Shown here: positions 60,497 through 64,000 of the stretch, piece by piece
Layout of the letters: each line of letters opens with the position of its first letter
Numbering within the stretch: the first letter of the stretch is position 1
Origin: Somniosus microcephalus
Taxonomy: Eukaryota
Length of the DNA: 64,000 nucleotides
Assembly: GCA_052327205.1 (NCBI GenBank)
Contig: CM126209.1
Span: 149,482,001-149,546,000 of the forward strand
Reading direction: 5' to 3'
Notes under the pieces: model-generated
Told to the model about the DNA's origin: nothing
Seen by the model: the letters and a program-made list of their open reading frames with translations, nothing else
Database searches by the model: none
Position numbers and translations under genes: made by a program

Positions 60497-62850
60497 AACA
60501 TAAGAACATAAGAAATAGGAGCAGGAATAGGTCATTTGGCCCCTTGAGCCTGCTCTGCCATTCAATAAGATCATGGCTGATCTTCTACCTCATCTCCACT
60601 TTGCTGCACTATCCCTTGATTCACTTAACATTCAAAAATCTATCGATCTCTATCTTGAATATACTCTACGACTGAGCCTCCACAGCTCTATGGGGTAGAG
60701 AATTCCAGAGATTCACCATCCTCTGAGTGAAGAAATTTCTCCTTCTCTCAGTCCTAAATGGCTGACCCCTTATTCTGAAACTGTGACCTCTGGTTCTAGA
60801 CTCCCCAGGCAGGGCAAACATCCTCCCTGCATCTACCCTGTCGAGCCCTGTAAGAATTTTGTATGTTTCAATGAGATCACCTCTCATTCTTCTAAATTCA
60901 CTGTTTACTACACTTCCAAGTTCCGTGGCATCTGCAAACTTTGAATTCTGCCCTGTATCCTCAAGTCCAAGTCATTAATGTATACCAAAAAAAGCAGTGG
61001 TCCTAGTACTGAACCTTGGGGAACTCCAGTGCACATCTCCCTCCAGTCCAAAAAACAGCCATTCACCACAATTGTTTTCTGTCCCGTAACCAATTTTGTA
61101 TCCAAGCTGCTACTGTCCTTTTTATCCCATGGGCTTCAATTTTGCTAACAAGCCTAATATGTGGTTCTTTTATCAAATGCCTTTTGAAAGTCCATATACA
61201 CATCAACTGCACTGTCCTTATCCACCCTCTGTTACCTCATCAAAAAACTCAATCAAGTTGGCCAAACACAAGTTGCCCTTAACAAACCTGTGCTGGCTCT
61301 CCTTCTTTTAGTCCATGCTTGTCCAAGTGGTTGTTAACTTTCTCCTGGATTATTGTTTCTAAAAGCTTCCCCACCACTGACTGACTTTAAACTACCAGTT
61401 CTGACGAAAGGTCATCGATCTGAAACATTAACTCTGTTTCTCTCTTCACAGATGCTGCCTGACCTGCTGAGTTTCTTCAGCATTTTCTGTTTTTATTACT
61501 GACTTTAAACTGACTCGCCTGTAATTGCCAGGTTTATCCTTCTCCCCTTTTTTGAACCAAGGTGTAATATTTGCAATCCTCCAGTCCTTTGGCACCACAC
61601 CTGTCATAGAGTCATAGAGTCATAGAGTAATACAGCACAGATAGAGGCCCTTCGGCCCATCGTGTCCATGCCGGCCATCAAGCCCTGTCTAATCTAATCC
61701 CATATTCCAGCATTTGGCCCGTAGCCTTGTATGCTATGGCATTTCAAATGCTCATCCAAATGCTTCTTAAATGTTGTGAGGGTTTCTGCCTCCACAACCC
61801 TTTCAGGCAGTGAGTTCCAGACTCCAACCACCCTCTGGGTGGAAAAAGTTCTTTCTCAAATCCCCTCTAAACCTCCCTCCCTTTACCTTGAATCTATGCC
61901 CCCTAGTTATTGACCCCTCTACTAAGGGGAAAAGCTCCTCAGCATCCATCCTATCTATGCCCCTCACAATTTTGTACACCTCAATCATGTCCCCCCTCAG
62001 CCTCCTCTGCTCCAAGGAAAACAAACCCAATCTGCCCAGTCTCTCTTCATAGCTGAAGCGCTCCAGCCCTGGTAACATCCTGGTGAACCTCCTCTGCACC
62101 CTCTCTAACGCGATCACATCTTTCCTGTAGTGTGGCGACCAGAACTGCACACAGTATTCCAGCTGTGGCCTAACCAGTGTTTTATACAGCTCCATCATAA
62201 CCTCCTTGCTCTTATATTCTATGCCTCGGCTAATGAAGGCAAGTATCCCATATGCCTTTTTTACCACCTTATCCACCTGTTCCGCCGCCTTCAGGGATCT
62301 GTGTACCTGCACACCCAGATCCCTCTGACCCTCCGTCTTGCCTAGGGTCTTACCATTCATTGTGTATTCCCTTGCCTTGTTAGACCCCCCCAAAGTGCAT
62401 CACCTCGCACTTTTCCGGGTTAAATTCCATTTGCCACTGTTCCGCCCATCTGACCAACCAACCTGTATCTAAGAAGGATTGGAAAATTGTGGCCAGCACC
62501 TCCATAATTTCTACCCTTATTTCCCTCAGCAACCTAGGATGCATCCCATATGGACTGGGTGACTTACCTATTTTAAGTACTGCCAGCCTTTCTAGTACCA
62601 CCTCTATCTATTTTTATCTCATCCAGTATCTCTGCAAACTCCTCATTTACCATAGCTTTGGCAAAGCCCTCTTCTTGGTAATCACAGATACAAAAGTTCT
62701 CCTTTTAGTACCTCCAGCCATGCCTTCTGTCTCCACCAATAGATCTCCATCTTGGTCCCTAATTGCATCCCCCCCCCCCCCCCCCGCCACCACCACCACC
62801 CCCGCTCTTCTGACAACCTTTTTACTGTTAATATGCCTGTAGAAGACATT
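60497..62850 (-). mobile_element. Stack of three nested CR1 fragments
   Basis: Tails (AACATAAG)n at 60497 and (CATAGAGT)n near 61605; older RT pieces at about 60900-61600 and 62460-62850; ORF 61803-62393. Confidence 0.82.
61394..61497 (+). mobile_element. 104-bp hammerhead-bearing Penelope-derived insertion
   Basis: 14-bp direct repeat ACTGACTTTAAACT at 61380-61393 and 61498-61511; hammerhead-like core at 61397-61433. Confidence 0.8.
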
Positions 62851-62851
62851 T

Positions 62852-64000
62852 GGGCCTTGATTTTAATGGAGGAGGCGGGATGGAGTCGGGTTGCCTGGTG
62901 GGCGGGTTTCAGACCCGCTGCTGGTTTCAGCCGCTCCCGATGTCCCATTTTGGTTTAATTGGACCAATTAGTCCAGTCGTGCGCGCTGCCTGCTGCATTG
63001 CCTGGGAGCGGGTCTGTTGGTCTGCACTGATGAGGTCATTGCTACACTTGGTTTTTAAGGGCTCCAAGTAGCCTCAGCCTCTCATTTCTCATTCCTGCTG
63101 CAGCTTGAATGGCCAAGGAGACCATGAGTGCTGCAAAATCCATGGCTGCTCCCCATTTCACTGAGGAGTCCCTGCAAACTCTTGTGCAGGGAGTAAGAGG
63201 TCGCAGGGAGATTCTGTTCCCCGATGGCTGGAGGAAACCTCCTCCGCAGACAAAGGCAGACTGGCTGGAGATTGCCAAGAAGGTAAGCACAGGGTCGCTA
63301 TGTGCATGCACCTGGCTGCAGTGCCGAAAATGCTTCAATGATCTTCTGCAAACATGAAAAGTGAGTATCACATCACACTTGCCTTCAATCTGATTTCCCC
63401 CTTCTCATCACCAGCACTCTGCTTTGTAAGCCTGCTCCTCCACATCCCACCTTACCCTTACTTCCCTTGTCTCTGTCTCTGTCTCGAATCACTTCACCAT
63501 CCTGCTATGCAGCCCTCGCACTCGCTCTCACTGTTATGCAATGACAACAACTAACAACACACAGGGAGGCTGTTTCCTCTTTCCACCTCACTCCATCTTG
63601 GTCTCCCTCTAAGCTTCTAGGTTTTGGATTCTTCACACTCACTCCATCACTCTCTGGCTGAAACTCCACTTGTGTCCCTTCTTGCAGGAAATGCTAGTCC
63701 ACAATAAGGAGGAGAGAACAAAGACAGGAGGAGGCACACCATCCCTGGCCACATTAACAAACACTGAGGAGGCTGCTCACTACATCGTGGGAGATGGCGA
63801 GGAGCTGGAAGTGGGGGACGGATCATCTGCACAAAAGGATGTGTCTGCTACCTGAAAAGCTGATGTCTAACTCATGCCTTTACTCTCCCACAGGACCATC
63901 GAGAGCCCCCCTCCCCACTGTTCAGGAGGAAGAGCCGGACAACTCCTCGGAGGAACCTGGAGCCTCTGAGGAAGCAGTGTCACCAGGACTCCGCACCCAG
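62852..64000 (+). mobile_element. Harbinger element 5' arm with spliced Myb/SANT pseudogene; runs off window end
   Basis: GGGCCTTGATTTTA end; exon 63109-63360 (APHFTEESLQTLV...W.EIAKKV...TWLQCRKCFNDL) with a stop before the GTGAGT donor; exon from 63688 (HNKEERTKTGGG); acceptor at 63893. Confidence 0.78.

Noticed and set aside
63109-63900. Domesticated host MSANTD/NAIF1-like gene
   Set aside because: In-frame stop at the end of exon 1, and a TIR-like end 250 bp upstream inside a CR1 fragment; fits a transposon relic.

Overview
Eukaryotic, repeat-dense genomic DNA with no recognisable host protein-coding gene. The repeat mix (CR1, L2, RTE, Penelope-like, Deu-type SINE, Harbinger Myb/transposase, MITEs) points to a vertebrate, most likely a shark or other cartilaginous fish (inference). 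It holds five Ty3/Gypsy LTR retrotransposon copies: four from one clade (A 1-1486, B 2827-6347, C 29152-33456, D 42603-47009, three distinct LTR subfamilies) and one Mag-like element with a tRNA-Ser PBS (21437-25729). It also has a solo LTR, many nested CR1 fragments, a long C/T-only tract with assembly gaps and several Harbinger relics. Most notable: (1) the A-D clade has no tRNA PBS; instead the 13-14 nt after the 5' LTR are the exact reverse complement of the LTR segment carrying AATAAA, with compensatory changes across the three subfamilies, suggesting self-priming and/or poly(A)-signal masking. The clade also shares a YLDN RT active site and a hairpin-sequestered PPT. (2) Three Penelope-derived minimal hammerhead-like motifs, one forming a 104-bp stand-alone insertion with a 14-bp TSD. 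(3) Copy D has a clipped U5 end and a ~211-bp flanking duplication instead of a 5-bp TSD. All alignments were made by eye; boundaries of old fragments are approximate.
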